Below, one piece after another: positions 26,249 through 34,003 of a stretch of DNA of 34,489 nucleotides. The translations under genes and the position numbers were made by a program. This DNA is from a virus (Duplodnaviria > Caudoviricetes). The stretch's first letter is position 1. The number at the start of each line of letters is the position of its first letter. Below the pieces are notes generated by a model. It was not told where the DNA came from. It did not search any database and worked only from the letters and a program-made list of their open reading frames with translations. The DNA is taken from IMG/VR virus record IMGVR_UViG_3300027627_000015, positions 1-34,489 of that record; one strand, given 5' to 3'.

Positions 26249-26585
26249 GACTCACGAGTGATATGGGCCTACCGCAGGGGCAGGAAGCTCGTGAGCTGTC
26301 AGTGACACGCCGTGAGTCATGCTTTGAACCTCGATTGCTCAAGGGTGCGTCTTCACTCGTGTGACTCCCGCTTGGCCGATTGAATGGTTATGCGGGGATG
26401 GTCGGGCAATGGACTTGCGGGTCCACTGCTGCCGTTAAGCTGTCCTGTGACGGGGACTCCCTCGTCGGTTCCAGCGTGTCTTTCCGCTCGTGGTGCGGTC
26501 ATGTTCGATGCCGCTCGGCGTGCCCTTTTCCGTCCGGCAAGGACGTGGCGCTTTGGATTCGGTGCGGCAAAACCGATGAACAACG
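26249..26585 (-). ncRNA. Candidate structured leader RNA upstream of the hammerhead
   Basis: No convincing ORF; serial stems such as CGUCC/GGACG, GUCC/GGAC, GCAGUGGAC/GUCCAUUGC, CCCGC/GCGGG, GAGUCA/UGACUC and CUCACGAG/CUCGUGAG. Confidence 0.5.
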
Positions 26586-26590
26586 ACAAC

Positions 26591-26619
26591 ATTGAACTGC
26601 ATTCGAGTCTATTTGTCAA
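26591..26619 (-). promoter_or_regulatory. Sigma70-like promoter for the leader-ribozyme-AAA+/vWA operon
   Basis: TTGACA (26614-26619) - 17 nt - TTCAAT (26591-26596). Confidence 0.65.
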
Positions 26620-26695
26620 CATTTAAGCGCTGTTACCCTTGTATTCATTGGGGATTTCGATTGTCGGCCTCACGTGATGCGGACACAGTGCTCGA

Positions 26696-27364
26696 GTGTC
26701 TGACGCACCTATGACGCGCCCCCGTCGGCTAAACGCGCGCAGCAAAAGCCAAACCCAGACGACTCGCCGACGCGCAACGAGCGCGATGGCAAACGCCGCG
26801 ATGCGCGCCGCAGGCGGCCCGCAACTTGGGCGGCCGACCATGCCGCTCACAGACGCCACGCGCGCTGCTGTCCTTGACAGCGTTCGCGCAGGCGCGGACC
26901 CAAACTCGGCAGCGGCCGCAGGCGGCGCGAACATCCAGACGATGCAGCGTTGGCTTGTGGATTATCCCGCATTTGCCCTTGAATATAAAAAAAGCCAAGG
27001 CGAGCACATCACTCGCACGCTCTCGGAACTACGCGAGCTGCCCGCAGGACGATGGCAAGCGCGAGCGTGGGAACTCGAGCGCCTGTATCCCGAGCGCTTC
27101 GGAACGGGGCACCGACCCGACCAAACGAGCACGGTGCGCGTGGAGATTTCGGCACAGATTTGTGCACAGATGGCGGATTCGTGGAAGACGTTCAAAGCCA
27201 AAGTGATTGATGCAGAGGATGTTACACATCCTGATTCGCACAATATCAATTATATTCAATTGCCACAGAAATCGAAGGCAAAGCCTTCCAGTGCACATAG
27301 TTCCAGAGACAAAAATGAGGATGCCCCACCGAAGGTGTCGAAGGAGCCGGAGGGCGACGAATGA
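26696..27364 (+). CDS. terS: Terminase small subunit (start uncertain: 26696/26711/26786/26840)
   Basis: HTH-like TMQRWL..YPAF and WQARAWELERLYPERFG motif; directly upstream of terL. Confidence 0.75.
   Translation: MSDAPMTRPRRLNARSKSQTQTTRRRATSAMANAAMRAAGGPQLGRPTMPLTDATRAAVLDSVRAGADPNSAAAAGGANIQTMQRWLVDYPAFALEYKKSQGEHITRTLSELRELPAGRWQARAWELERLYPERFGTGHRPDQTSTVRVEISAQICAQMADSWKTFKAKVIDAEDVTHPDSHNINYIQLPQKSKAKPSSAHSSRDKNEDAPPKVSKEPEGDE
27233..27260 (+). other. dif-like XerC/XerD recombination site
   Basis: GATTCGCACAA-TATCAA-TTATATTCAAT versus E. coli dif GGTGCGCATAA-TGTATA-TTATGTTAAAT (8/11 and 9/11 arm matches, 6-bp spacer). Confidence 0.65.
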
Positions 27365-28905
27365 AGCGCTCACCGAAGGTGTCGGCCTCAAGTGACGCAG
27401 CATCACCAGCGGCCGCAACTGCGGGTACCGTGTCAGTGCCAGCGCCATCGTGGGCCAGAGACGGGGGGGCGGGGGGAGGAGGGGGGCCACACGTTCGTAG
27501 TGCCTATCTTACAATGGGCGCGGAACAAAAGGCTTCACCGCTGGCAGGTACCCCGGGCTGGTTCTGCCGAGAGATTCTGCGAATCAAGCCGCACGGATGG
27601 CAGGACAAGGTTCTATGGGATGTCGCCGTTGGCCAACGTCCGGTCGCGCTATGTGCGGCCAACGGTTCTGGCAAGACGCAGATGGTGGCAGCGCCGCTCA
27701 TCCTGTGGCACTGCGCAGTGTTTCCAAAGTCGCAGGTCGTAACGACAGCCGGTGTGTATCGGCAGGTCAAGGAGCAGCTCTGGACGGCGCTGCGCCAGTC
27801 AAAGGAACGCCTTGGGGCTTCGTGGGACATCAACGCAACTGACCTGCACGCTCCAAACGGTAGCCGGGCCGTTGGCTTTTCTACAGACGACCCCGGAAAG
27901 TTCGAGGGCTGGCACAACGACAATTTGTTGATGATTGTCGATGAGGCCAAAAGCGTGCCGGATGAGATTTTCCAAGCCATCGAGAGGTGTCAGCCGACCC
28001 GACTGTTGCTCATGTCCAGCGCGGGCACAAGCGACGGGGAGTTTGCGGCGGCGTTTTCCACGCGGCGTCGGTTCTACTCGCAGCACAAGGTGACGGCGAT
28101 GGATTGTCCACACCTCAAGGACAAGTGGATTGCCGCTCAGATTGAGAAGTGGGGACGCGACCACCCGCTGGTGCGTTCTATGATTTTCTCGGAGTTCTCC
28201 GAATCGAACTCTGGAGCGCAGGTCATCACGCGGACGGCGGTGGCAAAGTGCTTGGAGTCGCCCCCGGAGTACGTGCATGGCCCGACGGTCGCGTTCATCG
28301 ACTGGGCCGCTGGCGGCGATGAGAACGCGATTGCCATTGTGAAGGGCAACCGCCTGTTCAAGCTCATCTGCTGGCGGGACAAGGACACCATGCAGGCCGC
28401 AGCGCGCGCCATCGCGGAGCTGCATCGCTGGGAGGTGCCTGCGGGCGGTGTGTTCGCGGACGACAGTGGCTTGGGGCATCCCATCAACGATGCGTTGGCC
28501 AAGGCGGGCGTGCAGGTCCGGCGTGTCATGAACAACGCGAAAGCGTGGGACGAGGAGCACTACATGAACCTCGGCGCGGAGCTGTGGTACACGGCGGCGC
28601 GGCGCATTGAGCACCGAGAGGTGTCCTTGCTGGATGACGAAGTGTTGCTGGAGCAGTTGACCGGGCGGCGGCAGATTGTCACGCCGAACGGACGGCTGGC
28701 GTTGGAGCGGAAGGAGGACATGCGGTCGCGAGGGATGTCCTCGCCCGACCGCGCGGATGCGGTTTTGGCTGCGATTGCGATTGCTCATCTTACACGTGGT
28801 GGATACTTTGAGTCAGATGCAATGGATGACAGTGATACTGTGGTCACAGATGAGTCGGTGTCCCGGCACGCGCTGGAGCACGACGGATTCTACGCTGGAG
28901 CTTAA
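27361..28905 (+). CDS. terL: Terminase large subunit (true start may be ATG 27514)
   Basis: WQ motif, AANGSGKT Walker A, MIVDEAK Walker B, RNase H-like FIDWAAGGDEN and SPDRADA. Confidence 0.93.
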   Translation: MKRSPKVSASSDAASPAAATAGTVSVPAPSWARDGGAGGGGGPHVRSAYLTMGAEQKASPLAGTPGWFCREILRIKPHGWQDKVLWDVAVGQRPVALCAANGSGKTQMVAAPLILWHCAVFPKSQVVTTAGVYRQVKEQLWTALRQSKERLGASWDINATDLHAPNGSRAVGFSTDDPGKFEGWHNDNLLMIVDEAKSVPDEIFQAIERCQPTRLLLMSSAGTSDGEFAAAFSTRRRFYSQHKVTAMDCPHLKDKWIAAQIEKWGRDHPLVRSMIFSEFSESNSGAQVITRTAVAKCLESPPEYVHGPTVAFIDWAAGGDENAIAIVKGNRLFKLICWRDKDTMQAAARAIAELHRWEVPAGGVFADDSGLGHPINDALAKAGVQVRRVMNNAKAWDEEHYMNLGAELWYTAARRIEHREVSLLDDEVLLEQLTGRRQIVTPNGRLALERKEDMRSRGMSSPDRADAVLAAIAIAHLTRGGYFESDAMDDSDTVVTDESVSRHALEHDGFYAGA

Positions 28906-30831
28906 ATGAACTGCGAACTTTCTTCCCTTCCGCTGCGAGAGAAGCTGACCGCGCTTGATACGCGCGTCCGCAACGCGCTGTCCGCCCGGCTACTCTGGGA
29001 GAACCGGCAGCAGATGTACTACAAGCTGCGCCACAACGGCCTTGAGCGCGTAAATAAGCCGTTCCCCAACGCCGCCAATATGAATTGGCCGCTGTCGGAC
29101 ATGATGGTGGAGAAGATTAAGCCGTACTACGTGCAGCAAGTGTTCGCGAATGAGCTGTTGGCGAATTTCTACGCGCTTCGCCGCGAGCTTTCCCCTTTTA
29201 ACAACGGCGCTGCACAGTGGTTTGACCACCGCTTGCGACAGCGCACAAATTTCGAGTTCGAGATTATTGCCGTCGCGGACTATATGTTGATGACCGGCAA
29301 AGGCATCCTCAAGGTTTTGTGGGACGAGACGACGAAGCAGGTCAAGTTCGACTGCGTGGACCCGCTCTATTTCATCGTGCCGACCCACACGGGCACGCTA
29401 GACGAGGCCGACTGGTGCGTGCAAGTCCATCAAGTCAGCCCGGAGTCTTACCGCCGCAACTCGAACTGGAATCAGGACGAGACGCTCATCAAGCGAATGT
29501 TGGAGACGGCTTCGCTGACCCGCGAAGGCGCGGCCACTGACAAGCTCTGGCGCGAAGGTCTGACGCACGGCGCGGATGACCAGCAGATTGTCCTGTGGGA
29601 AGTGTACTGGCGCGATGCAGACAACAAAGTCCGCACGCTGGTCATGTCCCCCGTTGTCCCGGATGTGTTGGTCCGCGAAGAGCAGGAGATGCCGTACGAC
29701 CACGGTCAACTCCCCTACGTCGATTTCAGTTCCGAAGTGAAGGACAAAGGTTTCTACAGTCCGCGCGGTATCCCGGAGCGCGTGGCCTCGTTGCAGATGT
29801 CACTGACACGCCTGTGGAACGAGAAGTTGGACGCGCTGTCGTTTTACATGAAGCCCATCTTCGTCTCTGATTCCCCGTTGGGGAACGCAGGGTCGTTGCA
29901 GCTTCGTCCCGGCTCGGTGCTCCCGTACGCACTCCGCAAGGTAGACATGGGGCAGCCCCCGTTGGCGTGGGACAGCGAAATGGGCAACCATCGCGCCACG
30001 GCGGAGCAGCTCATCGGCGTGCCGGACGCGGGCCTGACGCAGCAGCTTCACTCGAACGAGCGCCGCACCGCGTCCGAGGTGAACCTTATCGGAAGCTTGA
30101 TGTCGCAGGTGGTGGACTTGCGCAGCCGCGTGTTCCGCCGCTCGCTCGCCTCGGTGTTCCGCCAGTCGTGGCAGCTTTACGTGCAGTACGACAGCGCCTC
30201 GCTCGATTATTTCTTCCGCAACGAACTGCTGGCGCTGCCGCCCGCCGCATTGTCGGACGACTACCGCATCGAACCGCTGGCCAGCGCGGACAACTTCAAC
30301 AAGCAGTTCGTCTACCAGAAAAAGGTGACGCGCTTTCAGATGTTGCAGAACAACCCGTTCGTTAACCAAGGCGAGCTGACGCGCGACCTTATTGCTGCGG
30401 ATGACCCGCAGGACGTGAAGCGCCTCTTCATGGACAACCAGTCGCAGAGCCTCGACCAAGCGGAAGACCAAGCCGGGGAGATTGGCCGTATGCTCATCGG
30501 CTTCCCGTCGCAGGTGAAGCCGGTGGACGACGATGCCGCGCACCTCACTGTGGTTCGTCAATTCGTTGAGCGCCGCCTCACGACCGGCGAGGCAATGTCC
30601 GCAGAACTAGCGACGCTCCTGCTGAATCACAGCAACCTCCACTTCCGCCAGATGATGCAGAAAGACCCGGAGAAGGCGGCTCAGTTGGAGCCGTCGATGC
30701 AACAGATGGCGCAGTTGCTTGGTAAGATTGTCGGGCAGGAGCAGCAACGGCAACAGGAGATGCAGCAGCAGCAGCAAGCGATGCAGCAGCAGGGACAGGG
30801 AATGCCGATGCCGCAGGGAATGCCGATATGA
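28906..30831 (+). CDS. Portal protein
   Basis: 641 aa directly after terL; GKGILKV.W, FYSPRGI, RTASEV motifs; Gln/Met-rich tail typical of podovirus portals. Confidence 0.88.
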   Translation: MNCELSSLPLREKLTALDTRVRNALSARLLWENRQQMYYKLRHNGLERVNKPFPNAANMNWPLSDMMVEKIKPYYVQQVFANELLANFYALRRELSPFNNGAAQWFDHRLRQRTNFEFEIIAVADYMLMTGKGILKVLWDETTKQVKFDCVDPLYFIVPTHTGTLDEADWCVQVHQVSPESYRRNSNWNQDETLIKRMLETASLTREGAATDKLWREGLTHGADDQQIVLWEVYWRDADNKVRTLVMSPVVPDVLVREEQEMPYDHGQLPYVDFSSEVKDKGFYSPRGIPERVASLQMSLTRLWNEKLDALSFYMKPIFVSDSPLGNAGSLQLRPGSVLPYALRKVDMGQPPLAWDSEMGNHRATAEQLIGVPDAGLTQQLHSNERRTASEVNLIGSLMSQVVDLRSRVFRRSLASVFRQSWQLYVQYDSASLDYFFRNELLALPPAALSDDYRIEPLASADNFNKQFVYQKKVTRFQMLQNNPFVNQGELTRDLIAADDPQDVKRLFMDNQSQSLDQAEDQAGEIGRMLIGFPSQVKPVDDDAAHLTVVRQFVERRLTTGEAMSAELATLLLNHSNLHFRQMMQKDPEKAAQLEPSMQQMAQLLGKIVGQEQQRQQEMQQQQQAMQQQGQGMPMPQGMPI

Positions 30832-31070
30832 CCGAGCCGCTCGACAAGAACTCGGTCGAATGGATTGTCAGTGACATCAACACTAAACTGACTGCGCACG
30901 TCGAAGACAGCCGCGTGTTCCGCCAACGGCTGGACACCCGGCTTGACATGCAGCACGAACGTATTGATGTCCTCGAAAACGAGCGCCAGCGGTTGCTCGG
31001 GTTCTCCGTGGGCCTCGGCGCTGCCGCCGGTGGCCTCGGCGCATGGCTCTACCGTATTTTCCTCCCCTGA
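30828..31070 (+). CDS. Small coiled-coil plus C-terminal TM protein (holin/antiholin-like)
   Basis: RIDVLENER followed by hydrophobic LLGFSVGLGAAAGGLGAWLY; ATGA overlap with the portal stop. Confidence 0.6.
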   Translation: MTEPLDKNSVEWIVSDINTKLTAHVEDSRVFRQRLDTRLDMQHERIDVLENERQRLLGFSVGLGAAAGGLGAWLYRIFLP

Positions 31071-31088
31071 CCCCAACCCAAACACCAC

Positions 31089-31274
31089 ATGAACAAAACA
31101 CAAATACTCGGACTCGTTCGACACCTGCTGACGTTCGGCGCTGGCTTTCTCATCGCCAAGGGTCAGCTCGACGATGCGAACGCGCAGAACATCATCGGTG
31201 CCGTCATCGCCGTCATTGGCGGCGTCTGGTCCGCCACCTCCCCGGAGAAGGCTGCGCCTGCTCCGCAGCCCTGA
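31089..31274 (+). CDS. Putative two-TM holin
   Basis: ILGLVRHLLTFGAGFLIAKG...IIGAVIAVIGGVWS; A/C-rich leader. Confidence 0.75.
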   Translation: MNKTQILGLVRHLLTFGAGFLIAKGQLDDANAQNIIGAVIAVIGGVWSATSPEKAAPAPQP

Positions 31275-31282
31275 GCAGCCCT

Positions 31283-31540
31283 GTGACGCTCGCTGCCGCC
31301 ATTGTGATGCTGCTCGGCGGAGTGGTGCCGCTCATCGTCTGGATGATACGGCGGCACGTCGAACGCTCCGCCACGCCGCAGGAAACACTGAAACGCTATG
31401 AAGAAGACGCTCGTAAGGTCATCGCTCAACGCGATGTTGACGGGGTTAATCGCGCTCTGGATGACCGGCTGCGTGCATTACACCGTAATTCCGTCGGACC
31501 GGCTGGTGGTGAGGCTGCGAGCGGGCCAGACCGCCCCTAA
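31283..31540 (+). CDS. Putative inner-membrane spanin (Rz-like)
   Basis: GTG start, N-terminal TM (LAAAIVMLLGGVVPLIVWMI), then a charged helix; overlaps a lipoprotein gene in another frame. Confidence 0.55.
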   Translation: MTLAAAIVMLLGGVVPLIVWMIRRHVERSATPQETLKRYEEDARKVIAQRDVDGVNRALDDRLRALHRNSVGPAGGEAASGPDRP

Positions 31541-31631
31541 AGACGGGTACCTCGTGCCGGATGCACGGATGTTGGAAATACTGGACGAGTTGGGCCGCCG
31601 CGAGGTGGAAACACGTCCTCCACAGAAATAG
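31398..31631 (+). CDS. Putative outer-membrane spanin lipoprotein (Rz1-like)
   Basis: MKK..hydrophobic LTGLIALW..MTGC lipobox; +1-frame overlap with the Rz-like gene. Confidence 0.6.
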   Translation: MKKTLVRSSLNAMLTGLIALWMTGCVHYTVIPSDRLVVRLRAGQTAPKDGYLVPDARMLEILDELGRREVETRPPQK

Positions 31632-31655
31632 TTTGGCAGACCCTATACTACCGAT

Positions 31656-31961
31656 ATGTTCAATTTCATAAGACTATGTGTGTCAGTCATACAGAGAATG
31701 CGGCAGGCACTTCGTTACGGCGATTTGGCTGCGTGGACGGAGGGGGACGCGACCGCGTGGGCGGCGTTTCTCCGGTCCCCCGCCGGGCAGAAGCTTGACA
31801 CCATGATGACCCACCTTGTTTTAGACACGATGCAGGAGGCGGTGACGCGCAAAGGTACGGAATACGACGTGGGCACGTCGAACGGCGTCCGCCAGACGTG
31901 GGTCCAGCTCAAGACACTTTCGGCAATCGGAGTCGCGCCAGAAGACGATTCTAAAGAATGA
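31656..31961 (+). CDS. Hypothetical protein preceding the scaffold gene
   Basis: 101 aa with FLRSPAGQKL motif; ATGA overlap with the scaffold gene. Confidence 0.7.
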   Translation: MFNFIRLCVSVIQRMRQALRYGDLAAWTEGDATAWAAFLRSPAGQKLDTMMTHLVLDTMQEAVTRKGTEYDVGTSNGVRQTWVQLKTLSAIGVAPEDDSKE

Positions 31962-32959
31962 CAAATACAGCACAACCCGAAGTAGATACGGAACTCGCGC
32001 AGCTTTACTCCGACGCGGAAGCGTTGGACACAGGCCACGCGGTGCCGTTAGCCGTTGACCCCACCCTTCTTGGCGGCGAAGGGACCACGGATGTCGCTGG
32101 CGACGAACCGAAGGCCGAGGATGTCGGCCCGTCGAGCGTACCGGAAGCGGACGCGCCCAAGACAGACACGGAACCCGAGGATACCCTTGGGACGGACCCC
32201 GAACCGACGGCGGACAAACCGCTGGCGGAGGCCGAGGCCGCGACCCACGAAACGACCAAGCCGACCCGCGCCGATAAAAAGCGCGAAGCCTTGGACCGTA
32301 CGTGGGACAACGCGGAACGACGCCACCGGGAAGCGGAAACGAGAGAAATCTCGATAGCCACGCGGGAACGCCAGATGGTCGAGCGCGAACAGCAGCTCGT
32401 CCAGAAAGCCCGTCAGGTGGAGACACCAGATGACCCGCTCCCGAAGCACTCGCTCGACGACCTTGCGGCCTCTTTGGCCGAGTTCGTGGACGAAGGCGAC
32501 GCGAAGATGGCCAAGCAGCTCGCACGCAGCATCGCGGACAAAGCCAAGGCGCAGATTGCGGCCCAAGGCACACAAGGTCCGCAGTTCACTGCTGCATGGG
32601 ATGCCACCCGCCAGTTCGTCCTTAAGTCGAATCCTGAGCTGGCCGACAGCAAGTCGCCGCTCTACATCACCGCCAGCAAATTGCTGACCGGCGAGTGGGG
32701 ACCGTTCTTCCAAGCGCATACGTCTGGCGCAGCGGCCGCCGTTGAGGTGGCCAAGCTGCAACTCCAGCTCGGACGCGAGACAGGCATGGCGGACAAGGTC
32801 AAGAAACTTGAAACAGAAAACCAAACGCTTCGGAAGAAGCTGCAATTGGACGGGTCTACGCCCACCTCGCGCGACGTGAAGTCAGATGACTTCAGCTCGC
32901 TCTCGGCGGACAAACAACTCGCACAGTTGCGGCGGGAAGCTGAAGCACTCACCCGATAA
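31958..32959 (+). CDS. Capsid scaffolding protein
   Basis: Acidic disordered N-terminus, coiled coils, C-terminal FSSLSADKQ helix; directly before the capsid gene. Confidence 0.78.
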   Translation: MTNTAQPEVDTELAQLYSDAEALDTGHAVPLAVDPTLLGGEGTTDVAGDEPKAEDVGPSSVPEADAPKTDTEPEDTLGTDPEPTADKPLAEAEAATHETTKPTRADKKREALDRTWDNAERRHREAETREISIATRERQMVEREQQLVQKARQVETPDDPLPKHSLDDLAASLAEFVDEGDAKMAKQLARSIADKAKAQIAAQGTQGPQFTAAWDATRQFVLKSNPELADSKSPLYITASKLLTGEWGPFFQAHTSGAAAAVEVAKLQLQLGRETGMADKVKKLETENQTLRKKLQLDGSTPTSRDVKSDDFSSLSADKQLAQLRREAEALTR

Positions 32960-32982
32960 CCGCAGACTAGGAAACTAAAAAT

Positions 32983-33933
32983 ATGGCAGCTCTCACTGGT
33001 ACAATTACGACCACGATTGGTAGTGGTCTTGACTCCACGCGCATCGCGCAGGTCTTCAACAAGAAGTTCCTGCAACACGCGACTGAAAAACTCGTGCTCG
33101 CCAACACGGCCGAGCAGTTCGACCTTCCGCGCAACGCGGGCAGTCTCACCATGCGGTTCTTCCGCCGTGGCGAGTCCAACGTGGACAACGTCCGCGCGTT
33201 GACCGAAGGCACCCCACTCAGCACCTACACTCACGCTGCGATTGAGAACGTGGAAGTCGCGCTCGCCCAGTTCGGCGACGTGGCTAAAATCACGGACACC
33301 CGTGTCGCCACTGACCTCATCAAGCAGTTGGAGCTGGAGACGGCTCGCATGGGCGAAGAGGCCGCGCTGCACCTCGACACGCAAATCCGCGACGTGGCCT
33401 ACGCCTCGGCCGCGCAGGTGCTCGACAAGACCACGTCTGGCACCTTGGCCCTCCGTGTCATCACCGTGGGCGACCTCGATAAAGCCGCCACCATCCTCGA
33501 AGAGAACCGCGCTGCGTCGTTCGAGGGCAATAGCTACATCGCTGTCGTCAGCCCCCGTCAGGCGTATGACCTGCGCCGTGACTCGGACTGGAAGAATGTC
33601 TCCACCTACTCGGATAAGGAGAAAATCTACAACGGCGAAATTGGCAAGCTGTTCAACGTGAAGGTCGTCATCGCGACGAACCCGAAAGAGTTCACCCACA
33701 ACACGACCTATACCGGCCATGCCGCTCTCGTGTTCGGCCGTGAGTTCCTCGGCACGGTGAAGCTCGCTGGCTCCAATTCCCCGTTGAAGCCGCAGCTCAT
33801 GTACAATGACAAACCGGACAAGAGCGACCCGCTCGGCCAGTTCAACGTCGTCGGCTGGAAAGCGTACTACGCCTCGATGGTGCTGAACCCGAAGTTCGGC
33901 GTCATCATCAAGTCGGACAAGACTACGCTGTAA
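32983..33933 (+). CDS. Major capsid protein (N4-gp56-like, HK97 fold)
   Basis: LP.NAG..MRF, LTEG, QFGD...ITD, YIAVVSP...YDLR, GEIGK, DPLGQF..VGWK. Confidence 0.92.
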   Translation: MAALTGTITTTIGSGLDSTRIAQVFNKKFLQHATEKLVLANTAEQFDLPRNAGSLTMRFFRRGESNVDNVRALTEGTPLSTYTHAAIENVEVALAQFGDVAKITDTRVATDLIKQLELETARMGEEAALHLDTQIRDVAYASAAQVLDKTTSGTLALRVITVGDLDKAATILEENRAASFEGNSYIAVVSPRQAYDLRRDSDWKNVSTYSDKEKIYNGEIGKLFNVKVVIATNPKEFTHNTTYTGHAALVFGREFLGTVKLAGSNSPLKPQLMYNDKPDKSDPLGQFNVVGWKAYYASMVLNPKFGVIIKSDKTTL

Positions 33934-33944
33934 AGCGTATGCAT

Positions 33945-33988
33945 GGGGCGGGGTAGCGGCACAGGGCTGCTGCCCCTCCCTCTTTTTC
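33945..33988 (+). terminator. Intrinsic terminator after the capsid gene
   Basis: GGGGTAGCGGC-ACAGG-GCTGCTGCCCC stem followed by TCTTTTT. Confidence 0.7.
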
Positions 33989-34003
33989 TGTCACTGACAC
34001 GAT

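Noticed and set aside
26395-26445. Twister-like second ribozyme (UUAACGGCAGC...GGACCCGCAAGUCC)
   Set aside because: Superficial resemblance only; I could not build the required P1 and pseudoknot pairings.
26353-26622. 89-aa ORF upstream of the AAA+ gene
   Set aside because: Starts inside the predicted promoter, has no protein-like features and overlaps dense RNA stems.
30735-30828. CAG-rich repeat
   Set aside because: Ordinary Gln/Met-rich portal tail.
27799-33720. Long antisense ORFs (e.g. 27799-28788, 29800-30561, 32662-33720) and similar shadows elsewhere
   Set aside because: Mirror frames of well-supported genes, expected in high-GC DNA; no motifs.
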